DNA of 64,000 bases from a virus (IMGVR_UViG_3300020050_013219), one strand, 5' to 3'; shown: positions 36,137 to 46,494, counted from the stretch's first letter. The notes: a model not told the origin generated them from the sequence alone. Made by a program: numbers and translations.

Positions 36137-38020
36137 GTGCAATTTACAACATTCGATATAGAAACAACTTTGACTTGTTTCTTAATTGTAATGAAAGACT
36201 TCCAATCAAAGAAAAAAGTTTGCTATAAGATTTCTAAATATAGAAATGATTATGATACTTTTGTCAGACATTGGAAGTCTTTGGTTAAAAGAGATTATTA
36301 CTTTGTTGGTTTCAATTCACTTAATTTTGATAGTCAAATAATTGAGTTTATATTACAGAAACCAAGAACTTATTCTGAAATTTATGATGAAGCTCAAAGA
36401 GTAATTTCTCTTAGTGATGACCAAAGATATGAAAGTGCTATTCCTGAATGGAAAATGAGTTTTAAAAACATTGATTTGTTTAAAATTTATCACTATGATA
36501 ATAAAAATCGTAGAACTTCATTAAAATGGTGTGAATTTTCAATGAGAATGTCTAACATTGAAGAAATGCCTTTGCCACATGATATTTCTTATACAGAAGA
36601 AGAAGAAATATTAACAGAAGAATACTGTGAGTATGATGTTTTAGCCACAGAGCTTCTGCTTGAAAAATCTCTTGATAAAATCAAATTAAGGTTTGATATT
36701 GGAGAAGTATATGGTCTTAATTTAAACAATGCTAATGACCCCAAAATAGGCTCTGAAATCTTTAAAAAATTGTTGGAAGAAAGCTTGGAAAGAAAAATAG
36801 GTAAAGAAAGAACTTATCGTCCTGTAATTAATGTGAGTGAGATTATTTTACCTTATATAAAGTTTGAAACTCAACAATGTCAATTACTCTTAGCAGCCTT
36901 TAATAAGCTTAAAATTACAACAACTTTAAAACCATTTGAATATTCTATTAAATTAGGTAATATTACTTATGATTTTGGTGTTGGTGGAATACATGGAGCA
37001 ATACAAGGAATACATAAACCAAATGAGAATGAATTATTCAAATCACATGACATAGAAAGTATGTACCCAAATACAGGTATTCAAAATCATTTATATCCTC
37101 AACATTTAGGTGAAAGATTTTGTAGTATTTACAATGAAGTTTATAAAACAAGAGCTAAAGCTAAAAAAGAAGGAAATAAAGCTGTAAATGAAGGTTTAAA
37201 ATTGGCATTAAATGGAAGCTATGGTAAGAGTAATGATGCTTATTCATTCTTTTATGACCCAAAATATACAATGGCAATAACTATTAATGGACAATTATCT
37301 TTATTGATGCTTATTGAAAAACTGTATTTAGCAGGATTTAAGTTTAAAGTTGCCAACACAGATGGTTGTGAATTAATTATTCAAAAAGATAAAGAAGAAC
37401 TTTATTATAGTATTTGCGAAGAATGGGAAAATCTCACAAAATATAAATTAGAACATTTTGATTATTCGATTATGTTTATGAGAGATGTAAATTCTTATCT
37501 TGGAGTTTATACAAATGGTAAAATAAAGAGAAAAGGTATATTTGAAATCTATGAAGATTTTGTTGGAATGAAAGCTTGGAATAAAAATCCTTCATTTCTT
37601 ATCATTCCATTAGCACTGCAAGCATATTTTGTTGAAAAGAAAGATATTAGACAATTTATTAAATCTCACACAAATATTTATGATTTTCTTGGAGCTGTTA
37701 AGAAAAAATCAGATTTTGAATTATATTATTTAGATAAAAAGGGAAATAAACATAATTGCCAAAGAATAACAAGGTATTATCTATCGAATAATGGGTATTA
37801 TCTTATAAAAGACTATGGTATGGTTAAAGATAAAAAAACAGGTAAAATGAAACATGTAACAACAAAAGTAGAAGCAAATAATGGCTGTAAAGTTTTAAAT
37901 AAAGTTACAGATGAAAATGCTTTAAATTATAAAGACCTTGATTACAATTATTATATTTCTGAAACAGAAAAAATAATATTTGAAATTGAAGGTAATCAAC
38001 ACCAAACAACATTATTCTAA
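36137..38020 (+). CDS. Family B DNA polymerase, compact (627 aa), with an N-terminal 3'-5' exonuclease
   Basis: Exo I 'FDIETT' at residues 6-11, Exo II 'NSLNFD', Exo III 'YCEYDVLAT'. Motif A 'DIESMYPN', motif B 'KLALNGSYGK', motif C 'VANTDGCEL'. The annotated start is GTG. Confidence 0.85.
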   Translation: MQFTTFDIETTLTCFLIVMKDFQSKKKVCYKISKYRNDYDTFVRHWKSLVKRDYYFVGFNSLNFDSQIIEFILQKPRTYSEIYDEAQRVISLSDDQRYESAIPEWKMSFKNIDLFKIYHYDNKNRRTSLKWCEFSMRMSNIEEMPLPHDISYTEEEEILTEEYCEYDVLATELLLEKSLDKIKLRFDIGEVYGLNLNNANDPKIGSEIFKKLLEESLERKIGKERTYRPVINVSEIILPYIKFETQQCQLLLAAFNKLKITTTLKPFEYSIKLGNITYDFGVGGIHGAIQGIHKPNENELFKSHDIESMYPNTGIQNHLYPQHLGERFCSIYNEVYKTRAKAKKEGNKAVNEGLKLALNGSYGKSNDAYSFFYDPKYTMAITINGQLSLLMLIEKLYLAGFKFKVANTDGCELIIQKDKEELYYSICEEWENLTKYKLEHFDYSIMFMRDVNSYLGVYTNGKIKRKGIFEIYEDFVGMKAWNKNPSFLIIPLALQAYFVEKKDIRQFIKSHTNIYDFLGAVKKKSDFELYYLDKKGNKHNCQRITRYYLSNNGYYLIKDYGMVKDKKTGKMKHVTTKVEANNGCKVLNKVTDENALNYKDLDYNYYISETEKIIFEIEGNQHQTTLF

Positions 38021-38235
38021 TGACAGTTTTCAACTTATCAAAACAAGACAAATTCACCTTATTTGGTGAATTAAATGAAAGAGAAGTATTAGGTTTTTGT
38101 GGACAAGATACTACAAAAGTATATGCTACAAGAACAGAAGCCACACAACAAACAAAGGAAAGTAATATTTTTATTGTAGATACAAAAGGCAATGTTATAG
38201 ACATTGAAGATATTGATACTTACACACGAATTTAA
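38020..38235 (+). CDS. Hypothetical protein
   Basis: 71 aa ORF with a TAATG overlap to the polymerase stop. Confidence 0.5.
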   Translation: MTVFNLSKQDKFTLFGELNEREVLGFCGQDTTKVYATRTEATQQTKESNIFIVDTKGNVIDIEDIDTYTRI

Positions 38236-38491
38236 AATTATGGAAAATTACACAATTATTTTAGGAATAGTAATTATTCTTATTGGATTATTTACTATCT
38301 ACAAAAATCGTACTGTATTTAATGGTTATTATTCCTTGTTATTAGGAGTATTTTTATTATTAAATATGAATATCGGAATTTGTATTATAGCAGGAGCTTA
38401 CTATTTATCTATTATTTTAAGTTATGTATATTACTACTTAACAAAAGATAAAGAAGGACTTGCACATTTTAGAAGTGAAATATTATGGTAG
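38204..38491 (+). CDS. Small three-TM membrane protein (the real start is probably the ATG at about 38240, giving MENYTIILGIVIIL...)
   Basis: Hydrophobic segments read directly. Confidence 0.5.
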   Translation: MKILILTHEFKIMENYTIILGIVIILIGLFTIYKNRTVFNGYYSLLLGVFLLLNMNIGICIIAGAYYLSIILSYVYYYLTKDKEGLAHFRSEILW

Positions 38492-39225
38492 AAACTTACA
38501 AAATAATACAAGACAAACAAAAGTTACTTGATTTCATTGAATGGCTTCCTGAACTTCAAGAAAATGAAACTTTTTATTACTGTCTCTTTGCAAGAAATAA
38601 GTATGTAAGAGGTACAGAACATGAAAAGTTCCTAAAAGCAGACAAATGTCAATTAAAAAGAGGAACTTCAAAGAAAGATTTTTTGTTTGATAAGATTAAA
38701 CAACTTGAAGTTGAGCTTGGAAGTTATAAACAAAATGGTTATGAAATTCCGCAAGAAAGTTTAGCTTTATATATCAATCCTAATCCAAGGAGTGAATATG
38801 ATGCTTTACTATTACTTATGGAAAGAGGTGCAAAATTAGTTAGACATCAAAGTAAAGGTTTTGGTTTAAAATCAGAAATTTTATCTGCAATTCAAGTATC
38901 AAACTCAAAAGAAAATTGGGAATTAGGAGATTTTGGTTTTGACATAATAGAATTATCAAAACGCAAAGCTAAATATGTAGATTTTGATTTTGATGATAGT
39001 AATTTTGAAGATTATAAGGAAGCTATTGAAAATCAAATAGGTGAAGAGTATGCAGTTTTAAAAACAAGAGGAGGTTTTCATTTATTAGTAGAACCTTCAA
39101 AAGTTGTTTCAGCAACAAATTGGTACAAAACAATCATTGGTTGGGAAGCAGTTGATACTCATGGAGACCAATTATTACCTGTTCCAGGAACTTGTCAAGG
39201 AGGTTTTATTCCATACTTTTTATGA
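38485..39225 (+). CDS. Hypothetical protein
   Basis: 246 aa ORF. Confidence 0.6.
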   Translation: MVETYKIIQDKQKLLDFIEWLPELQENETFYYCLFARNKYVRGTEHEKFLKADKCQLKRGTSKKDFLFDKIKQLEVELGSYKQNGYEIPQESLALYINPNPRSEYDALLLLMERGAKLVRHQSKGFGLKSEILSAIQVSNSKENWELGDFGFDIIELSKRKAKYVDFDFDDSNFEDYKEAIENQIGEEYAVLKTRGGFHLLVEPSKVVSATNWYKTIIGWEAVDTHGDQLLPVPGTCQGGFIPYFL

Positions 39226-39809
39226 AAATTACTAAAACCACAATAATTCATATTCCAGATATTCCAATAGTTGCACATTGGTTTTTATCAACTTTGCAGA
39301 AATATGGCAAGTCAATAACTCATGCTCATTTAGACAGTTTATTTGAAAAAGAAAAGCTTTCTCATAAAAGTTATTTAGAACAAATGGTATATGAAAGCTA
39401 TTATTCCGAAATTGAAAATAGATTTGACATTGTATTAAAAACCAGACATGGTTATTTTCCAGATTTAGCATCTGTGATTGATTCTACTTTGTATTTTGAT
39501 TGGTATAATAAGGTTACAAGAGCAGAAGAAATTGTTGAAATAACAGAGGAAAATTTGGAAGAATTATTAAGTTGGTTTTTAGAAGATTTCAAAATTGTAA
39601 GAAAAATCTTTACTGTAAGATTTTCTATTGTAAACAAAGAGCATGAGCCTTATTACAACCCATTTAAACATGCTCCTAAAAGCTTTACTCATGGTTATTG
39701 GAGTAAACATAAGTCAAAAGAAAAAAGTGCTTTAAATCGTGAATTAAAGGGCTTAGAAGCAAATTATCCGTACAATCACAAACATTCAGCAATTTATAAT
39801 TATTGGTAA
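39192..39809 (+). CDS. Hypothetical protein (the real start is probably the ATG at about 39222, in ATGA overlap)
   Basis: 205 aa ORF. Confidence 0.55.
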   Translation: MSRRFYSILFMKITKTTIIHIPDIPIVAHWFLSTLQKYGKSITHAHLDSLFEKEKLSHKSYLEQMVYESYYSEIENRFDIVLKTRHGYFPDLASVIDSTLYFDWYNKVTRAEEIVEITEENLEELLSWFLEDFKIVRKIFTVRFSIVNKEHEPYYNPFKHAPKSFTHGYWSKHKSKEKSALNRELKGLEANYPYNHKHSAIYNYW

Positions 39810-40021
39810 TGACATTAAAACAAGTTTATTTTGATACTAATTGGGAATGTTTCATAGTACCAATTTCTCAAAGAGATGATGGAGAATATATTTGCATTAC
39901 TTGGAGTGGTGGAATTGTATATTCTAACATTGATAGAGCTATATTAGTTAATCAAGAAATACAAGATTTTTGTATGAAAAGTGAAAAATTTAATAAATGG
40001 ATTAACTCATGGAATTTATGA
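39803..40021 (+). CDS. Hypothetical protein
   Basis: 72 aa ORF. Confidence 0.45.
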   Translation: MVMTLKQVYFDTNWECFIVPISQRDDGEYICITWSGGIVYSNIDRAILVNQEIQDFCMKSEKFNKWINSWNL

Positions 40022-40302
40022 ACTTAACAAACACAAAGAGGTGGAAAGAATTTGAAGATTGGTATGATAAACAAAATTTCTTATATTCAATACGTTCTGG
40101 TTCAGACAATATTCCTGATTTTGAGGAATTAGATTTTGAATTTCAAGAAGGAGTTTATCGGAAATTTATTGAAAGTTTAAACTTAAATGTAAAAATAGAT
40201 AAGCAATATGACTATCCTTTTATATTAAAATTTGACAATCAAATTCTGAAAACTTTTAATACTTTTCAAGAACTTGTAGAATGGTTCTTCACAAATTCGT
40301 AG
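40009..40302 (+). CDS. Hypothetical protein
   Basis: 97 aa ORF. Confidence 0.5.
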   Translation: MEFMNLTNTKRWKEFEDWYDKQNFLYSIRSGSDNIPDFEELDFEFQEGVYRKFIESLNLNVKIDKQYDYPFILKFDNQILKTFNTFQELVEWFFTNS

Positions 40303-40321
40303 AATTTGCACTAATGAGTAA

Positions 40322-40984
40322 TTGAAAAAAGAAAGAAAATACAAATTCATAGAAGGAATCTTGCATTATCAAATTGATGGTGTTTGGAAACCTTCTATGA
40401 AAGAATATTATCAAATTGAAGATATAACTGAACAAATGATAAAAGATTTAAAATTCATTGTTCAGAAAAAGCAAAGACCTATTGATGTGGTTTCTGATTT
40501 TCTGTTAGAAATAGCAGAAGGTTTCTTTCCTTTATTTAAAAAAGAAGGTTTAACAAAAGAGCAAGTAGTTTTTCAAAGATTTCAAAAGAATTATCTTATA
40601 GATTATTTCAGAGGAATCAGAGGTAAAGAAACTTCTGAATTACCTGAAAATATTCCTTACATTGAAGATGAGAGCATTGATGACTTAAAAGAAATTTTAA
40701 GATTCTATAATCTTTGCGAAAATAATAATGAAAGACTTATTATTTTATCAGAACTTTGGAGGAACTACCAAAACAAATTCTCTGAAGATGAATTTATTCT
40801 CAATGTAAGTAATGTTATAAGTCAAGAAATATTGGATAGTTTTGAAATGCCTAAATATTTTAGAACTTATATGTTGAATTATTCTCAATGTATGCTTGCT
40901 TTGGGGATGAATGACTTGACTTATAGAGAAGAAAAAAAAAGATTATTTAGAAAACTAAGGAATTATGCTGCCACTATATGTTAA
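40322..40984 (+). CDS. Hypothetical protein (TTG start in the track; start uncertain)
   Basis: 220 aa ORF. Confidence 0.5.
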   Translation: MKKERKYKFIEGILHYQIDGVWKPSMKEYYQIEDITEQMIKDLKFIVQKKQRPIDVVSDFLLEIAEGFFPLFKKEGLTKEQVVFQRFQKNYLIDYFRGIRGKETSELPENIPYIEDESIDDLKEILRFYNLCENNNERLIILSELWRNYQNKFSEDEFILNVSNVISQEILDSFEMPKYFRTYMLNYSQCMLALGMNDLTYREEKKRLFRKLRNYAATIC

Positions 40985-41471
40985 AATAGTAATGTCTATT
41001 TTAGAAGAAATTCCTTTAAGTGAAGATTTGAGAGAACTTGAAGATGAAAATCTTATGGATTTTATTAAAGGTAATAGAATTATGGAATATTTGTGGGAAA
41101 ATAATATTATTACTACAAAAGGAGATTTTTATGTTCTTAAAAATAAGAAGGATAAAACTCTAAATTTGGAGAATTATTGGGATGAAGTAAAGAAATTTAT
41201 TGATATTAATGGTCAAACTGTTGAAGATTGGGATAAATCTTTAAATATGAAAGGTAGGTTAAATTGCTATGCTAATAACATTGTACAGATAGGAAAATTA
41301 CTTAAAAAAGGGTATTCTTATCGTCAAATAGGCGAAACAATTTCTTATGTTGCAAGGGATTGTGGTCAATTTACAGAAAAATTGACAAAGCAGCTTGACC
41401 CACTTATATTTAAACAGAACTTTGATAAAAGTAAGTTAGAAGTAGTAGATAAATTCACTAAAGTTCTTTAA
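40965..41471 (+). CDS. Hypothetical protein
   Basis: 168 aa ORF. Confidence 0.55.
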   Translation: MLPLYVKIVMSILEEIPLSEDLRELEDENLMDFIKGNRIMEYLWENNIITTKGDFYVLKNKKDKTLNLENYWDEVKKFIDINGQTVEDWDKSLNMKGRLNCYANNIVQIGKLLKKGYSYRQIGETISYVARDCGQFTEKLTKQLDPLIFKQNFDKSKLEVVDKFTKVL

Positions 41472-42511
41472 TGACAGGATTTGAATTAGCAAAAATCAAG
41501 AGACTAAATGCTTTGAGTGGAGTTGCCAATTGTCTTCCCATGCCTTTTGAGAAATTAAGTAAGAAAATTGCAGGTTTCAATAGAGGTTTAAATTGCTGTA
41601 TATCAGCAAGTTCTGGAGTTGGTAAGACTACTTTATCTAAATTTCTTCTGATAAGTTTTGTGGATTGGGCAATAAAAAATAAAATACAACTTTACATAAG
41701 AATGTATCTTTTAGAAGAATCAATAGAAACTTTTGAAAGTACTATATTAATGCACAAACTATTTAAGTTAGAATCAGAAAGAATTTCTCTTGACGATTTT
41801 AATTCAAATGTAAAACCTTTATCAGAAAAAACGTTAGAGAAATTAAAGAAGATAGAAGAAACTTATATGGTAGAATTTCGTAAATATGTAACTTGTATTG
41901 ATACAATGTCAAGACCAACGGAAATTTTTATGGATGCAAAGTCTGCTATACAAGAACATGGAAAAGTAGTAAAAGAAATAAATGAAAAAAGTGGTAAAGA
42001 ATATGAAAAAGAATTTATTCCAAACAATCCAAATGCTTTCCATGTAATATTTTTAGATAATCTAAATGAATTTGACAGTGAAGAAGGATTAGATTTATCT
42101 GCTATGATGAAAAGATGGAGCAATTATGCTTTGAAGGATTTGTGCAAAAGATATAATTATACTATATTTAATATTCATCAACAAAATGCCCAGCAGGAAT
42201 CGGTCGATAATTTGAAGGCTAATAGACTTACTCCTTCACTTAATGGCTTGGGAGACAATAAGTTAGTTGGACGTGCGTACAGATTATGTTTAGGATTATT
42301 TTCTGCCTATCGTCAAAATCAGGCTAAGTGGAATGAGCATATCATTACTGGTGAAAATGGTTATGAAGATTTTTATCGTAGTTTGAATGTATTTAAAAAT
42401 AATTTTGGAGTATCAGGAATAGAAGATAATTTGTATTTTGATGGAATGGTAATTGATTTGAAAGAAACTGAAAGTAAAATATTAAAAAATAAACCTAAAG
42501 ATAATGGATAA
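41471..42511 (+). CDS. DnaB-like replicative helicase (RecA-fold C-terminal domain)
   Basis: Walker A 'SASSGVGKTT', Walker B-like 'VIFLDNLNEF', and 'IFNIHQQNAQQES' / 'LGDNKLVGRAYRL' resembling the DnaB SQLNR and DLRESG regions. Confidence 0.6.
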   Translation: MTGFELAKIKRLNALSGVANCLPMPFEKLSKKIAGFNRGLNCCISASSGVGKTTLSKFLLISFVDWAIKNKIQLYIRMYLLEESIETFESTILMHKLFKLESERISLDDFNSNVKPLSEKTLEKLKKIEETYMVEFRKYVTCIDTMSRPTEIFMDAKSAIQEHGKVVKEINEKSGKEYEKEFIPNNPNAFHVIFLDNLNEFDSEEGLDLSAMMKRWSNYALKDLCKRYNYTIFNIHQQNAQQESVDNLKANRLTPSLNGLGDNKLVGRAYRLCLGLFSAYRQNQAKWNEHIITGENGYEDFYRSLNVFKNNFGVSGIEDNLYFDGMVIDLKETESKILKNKPKDNG

Positions 42512-42860
42512 CACCGAACAAACAATCAAAGAATTGGAACAACAATACCAATTAACAAAAAATGAAAATTGGTTAGTGTTGAAAATGGCTTTGCAAGAAC
42601 AAGACTTCAAATCAAAATGTAAAGAATTGCTTAATATTTATGAAAGTCATTGGGCAATAGGACTTTGTGCAGCAGTGTTGTATGATGATAAGATGTTAAA
42701 TTTTATCAAAGAATTAAAACCTTTTGTATCAGTATTTTTAAAAGAAATTGAAACTGAATTTACAGCAGGTTATTTATTTTTCTTTTATCTTAAAGATTCT
42801 TCAATTAAGCAAGATAGAGAAATTAGGATTAAGCTTTTAAAATGGTTAATTAATTTATGA
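42504..42860 (+). CDS. Hypothetical protein
   Basis: 118 aa ORF. Confidence 0.5.
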   Translation: MDNTEQTIKELEQQYQLTKNENWLVLKMALQEQDFKSKCKELLNIYESHWAIGLCAAVLYDDKMLNFIKELKPFVSVFLKEIETEFTAGYLFFFYLKDSSIKQDREIRIKLLKWLINL

Positions 42861-43228
42861 ACTTTAAAATAACAAATCAAACAGATTTTGACAACAGAAA
42901 GTTGTTAGACAAAGAAATTAAAAAAGCTTGGATTGAAGCTTTAAGAAGTGGTAAATATAAGCAAGGACAACTTTCTCTTAAACACAATAATTGTTACTGT
43001 TGTCTTGGGGTTCTTTGTGAAATAAATCACAAATTAGATGAGTACGGCTATATTATAGAAGGAGGTAAAGAATATCTAAATGAGGAATTAGAGAAAGAAT
43101 TTAATATAGGTTATAATGGTTACTTTAAAGGGTTTTCTATTAATGAAAAACTTTGTTTAACTGAATTAAACGATTTTACAGATTTCACATTTGAACAAAT
43201 TGCAGAAGTAATTGAATTATATTTTTAA
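42857..43228 (+). CDS. Hypothetical Cys-containing protein
   Basis: 123 aa ORF. Confidence 0.55.
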   Translation: MNFKITNQTDFDNRKLLDKEIKKAWIEALRSGKYKQGQLSLKHNNCYCCLGVLCEINHKLDEYGYIIEGGKEYLNEELEKEFNIGYNGYFKGFSINEKLCLTELNDFTDFTFEQIAEVIELYF

Positions 43229-43240
43229 CTTATACATAAA

Positions 43241-44146
43241 ATGAAAATTACAGGAGACGGAAATATTACTATTTCAGGAGTTATTAACTCCAACATCAAC
43301 ATTGGCAATATGTCAAAAGGAGATTTCAATAATTGGGTAAACAATTGTATTGAAACAGCTAATCTCAAACTATTATTTGAAAAATGTTGGGATTTGAATC
43401 CTAATCAAAATGATAGTGAAATGCGTTTACAATCTGCTGCTTGGCATGGAAATGAAAAGCAAAAAAGAATAGGAATTATTTCTGATACTTTTTATAGAGA
43501 GCAATTAGCTAAAATAAACTATGCTCTTACCGAACTTTACCCAAAAACAAATGATTATAAACCATTTGTACAAGAAACTTATCAACAAACAGAAATGAAC
43601 AAATATCAAAATCTATCAAAATCAGATGTAGCAAATGTACTTCTCACCTATTTGAAAGATATTAATCCTACAAATAGACCTTTTATTGCAGTATTGCAAA
43701 ATGAAGTCTTACTTGCTCAAAAAGAATTGCAATATTCTAAATTGCAAAGTCAATTAGAACAATTAGCAAGTGCTTCTGTATCTCCAAATGTTAATAATTT
43801 CCATGATGCTGTGTTTAAATCTAACTATGATGGTTGGGTTAAATCTACCATTGAGATTTTAATAAAATACATTGAAATTATAGATAAACACTCGACAAAC
43901 AATGAGTTGCCAAGTGCAGCTTTAAGTAGGTTATCTAATACTAAAACAATGGAGAATCTTAAACTTTGGATTGATTCATTGAAAAGAGCAACTGGAAGTA
44001 GAGTTAAACTTTCTGATAAACTTGTGGATAAACTTGATTATTGGAGAAAATATGTTGAAGGTTTAGATGAATTAGAAGTTGAGATTGTTTTAGACAATCA
44101 AATTATTCCAGATTTTAAATTATATTGTAATCAAAACGAAATATGA
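43241..44146 (+). CDS. Hypothetical protein
   Basis: 301 aa ORF. Confidence 0.6.
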   Translation: MKITGDGNITISGVINSNINIGNMSKGDFNNWVNNCIETANLKLLFEKCWDLNPNQNDSEMRLQSAAWHGNEKQKRIGIISDTFYREQLAKINYALTELYPKTNDYKPFVQETYQQTEMNKYQNLSKSDVANVLLTYLKDINPTNRPFIAVLQNEVLLAQKELQYSKLQSQLEQLASASVSPNVNNFHDAVFKSNYDGWVKSTIEILIKYIEIIDKHSTNNELPSAALSRLSNTKTMENLKLWIDSLKRATGSRVKLSDKLVDKLDYWRKYVEGLDELEVEIVLDNQIIPDFKLYCNQNEI

Positions 44147-44541
44147 GTTATACAATAATTACACATGAAGGTGCAAGATTACCTACAAAAATCTATCATT
44201 GGACAGATTTCTCTGCTTCACAAACAATCAGTGATTGGACAGAAGTATTGAGAAAGATAAGTTTTGATATTCCATTCATGGTTACAACCAAATTAAGGGA
44301 ATTAACACATGAAGAATGGGGAATAAAAGTGGCTGAAATAGCTAAAAAAGATAAAAAAGGTTTCATTGCTGCAAGTAAAAAAGTTCCAAAAACAGTTTCA
44401 AAACAAGAACTTTGTTTGAAAGTAATGAAAAATAAAGGTTATGTAACCATAGAAAATGTGGATAAAGAAGAAAATATTTCTTTTGATACCATAGATAATA
44501 TTATATTTGATGGCATTTTATATTCACTAACAACAAAATGA
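44143..44541 (+). CDS. Hypothetical protein
   Basis: 132 aa ORF. Confidence 0.55.
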   Translation: MSYTIITHEGARLPTKIYHWTDFSASQTISDWTEVLRKISFDIPFMVTTKLRELTHEEWGIKVAEIAKKDKKGFIAASKKVPKTVSKQELCLKVMKNKGYVTIENVDKEENISFDTIDNIIFDGILYSLTTK

Positions 44542-44792
44542 ATTATCAAAAAGTAATTAACAACACTTTGCGTTTGCAAGGTAAAATAATCAAAGCTTGT
44601 GGTAGAGAATTTGGTTCTCTTAAAAGCTTTAATAGTAAATATTCCTTTTCAGCTATTGATTATACGGAAAGATTAATAACTTTCTATAAAAAGAAAACTG
44701 ATGAGATTGAATATATTGCTTTTAGTTTTGAATTGATTCCAGGAACAGGCTCTAAAATATCTCATAGCATTAAAGCTACACTAATAAAATAA
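44538..44792 (+). CDS. Hypothetical protein
   Basis: 84 aa ORF. Confidence 0.5.
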   Translation: MNYQKVINNTLRLQGKIIKACGREFGSLKSFNSKYSFSAIDYTERLITFYKKKTDEIEYIAFSFELIPGTGSKISHSIKATLIK

Positions 44793-45635
44793 ATGAGTTT
44801 TATCATTAGAAAAGCCAAAAGAAAAAATAAGAAATTAAGAATTGGTCTTAGTGCTGCTTCTGGATTTGGAAAAACTTATAGTTCTTTGCTTTTGGCAAAA
44901 GGTATTTTAAAAGGGGATTTATCAAAATGTTGTGTAATTGATTCAGAAAATGATTCTGCTTCATTGTATGATAATTTAGGTGAATACAGTACAATTGCTT
45001 TAGAAGCTCCTTATACACCTGAAAGATATATTGAAGCTATTACAGCCGCAGAACAAGCAGGTTTTGAAGTTATTATTGTAGATTCTATCACACATGAATG
45101 GGAAGGTGATGGTGGTTGTTTGGAAATTCAGTCTAAACTTGGTGGCAAATATCAAGATTGGGCAAAAGTAACTCCAAGACACAATGCTTTTATTAATAAG
45201 ATTTTGCAAAGTTCTTGCCACATAATTACTACGGTAAGAAGGAAACAAGATTATGAAATGAGTAGTGTTAATGGAAAAACAACTGTAACAAAAGTAGGTA
45301 CAAAAGAAGTTACCAGAGATGGTTTTGAGTATGAATTGGATATTAATTTTGAAGTTACAAATGATAAACATCTCGTAGTTGCTTCAAAAGATAGAACACA
45401 ATTATTTGTTAATAAACCTGAATTTCTTATTACAGAAGAAACAGGAGAAATTTTAATTACTTGGGCAGCAGGAGGAACAACTCTTTTAGATGATGCTCTT
45501 GAAATGGTAAGAGAAGCTAAAACAGTAGAACAATTAACAAATGTATTCAAATCTTATCCTGAACTTAAAACCAATGAGGACTTAATAAATGCTTGTAAAG
45601 CAAGAAAACAATTTTTGACAGAAACAAATTCTTAA
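44793..45635 (+). CDS. RecA-fold ATPase, Sak4/AAA_24-like (putative ssDNA-annealing / recombination ATPase)
   Basis: Walker A 'GLSAASGFGKTYSS' and Walker B 'VIIVDSITHEW'. About 280 aa, next to an SSB-like gene. Confidence 0.55.
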   Translation: MSFIIRKAKRKNKKLRIGLSAASGFGKTYSSLLLAKGILKGDLSKCCVIDSENDSASLYDNLGEYSTIALEAPYTPERYIEAITAAEQAGFEVIIVDSITHEWEGDGGCLEIQSKLGGKYQDWAKVTPRHNAFINKILQSSCHIITTVRRKQDYEMSSVNGKTTVTKVGTKEVTRDGFEYELDINFEVTNDKHLVVASKDRTQLFVNKPEFLITEETGEILITWAAGGTTLLDDALEMVREAKTVEQLTNVFKSYPELKTNEDLINACKARKQFLTETNS

Positions 45636-45651
45636 TTAACTAACAACAAAC

Positions 45652-46494
45652 ATGTTTAACAACACAACAAAAAGCACACCAAAAAGTAAAATTGCTCCAA
45701 AATCAGGCTTAGTTCCTGCTACACTTCATGCAATTAATCCATCTCCCGCTCTTTATGAGAAAATTGCAGGTAAAAAATTGGGATTTGATGTAGATTACAG
45801 TCCAAAAGAAGGTAAAACTCCTTGTAGATTGTTAATTTCGGTAAGTGGAGAATTTATGTTTTTGGATATGTGGGATTTGCAAAATAGAATAAATAAATCT
45901 GCCACAGGTAAAACTCAATTTATTGATTCTTCAAATGGTAAATCTACATGGAGAGCTACAATGGCTGAAGCTATCAGTGAACTTGGGGAAGGCTGCAAAG
46001 AAGCTAAAGTTGGGGAAGAAATGATAGTAAATATTATGCTTCAATATAGAGGTGCTATTTTGAACCATATCATTGAAAATTCTGCCCAATTTGAAACAGA
46101 TGTTTATGAAGGTAATTGGGATATGTTTAACAATCTTATGCAACTTCATAAGGTGGAAAAAACTTTCTATGTGTTTGTTTATAGTAAAACTTCTGATAGT
46201 GGATTTGTTAATCTTCAAGCTATGAGAAACATTTTCATTGCAGCATGGAAAGTATTAGATAAAGATGGGAACATCAAAAGTTGGACAACAAAAGATGGAC
46301 AACCTATGAGTGAAGTAATCAAAACAATTAATTCTGTGAGAGAATCTATGGATAAATCGGAGTTTTTGCAAAAACCAAATATCTTTATTTCTTTACAACT
46401 TGGTTTTGTTACACAAGGAGAAGAAACTCCTATTGTTAGTAATTTTGAAATTCCTGAAGCTGATGCTGAAAAAACGGATGATTTGCCGTTCTAA
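45652..46494 (+). CDS. Single-stranded DNA-binding protein candidate (acidic C-terminal tip ...EKTDDLPF)
   Basis: C-terminal 'DDLPF' mimics the bacterial SSB 'DDDIPF' tip. It is adjacent to the Sak4-like gene. The OB fold was not verified. Confidence 0.45.
   Translation: MFNNTTKSTPKSKIAPKSGLVPATLHAINPSPALYEKIAGKKLGFDVDYSPKEGKTPCRLLISVSGEFMFLDMWDLQNRINKSATGKTQFIDSSNGKSTWRATMAEAISELGEGCKEAKVGEEMIVNIMLQYRGAILNHIIENSAQFETDVYEGNWDMFNNLMQLHKVEKTFYVFVYSKTSDSGFVNLQAMRNIFIAAWKVLDKDGNIKSWTTKDGQPMSEVIKTINSVRESMDKSEFLQKPNIFISLQLGFVTQGEETPIVSNFEIPEADAEKTDDLPF

Noticed and set aside
35425-38020. Protein-primed replication (terminal protein plus phi29-like PolB)
   Set aside because: It is kept only as a low-probability note. 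A primase-like gene, a DnaB-like helicase and a nuclease-type large terminase in the same genome all argue for conventional primed replication and terminase packaging.
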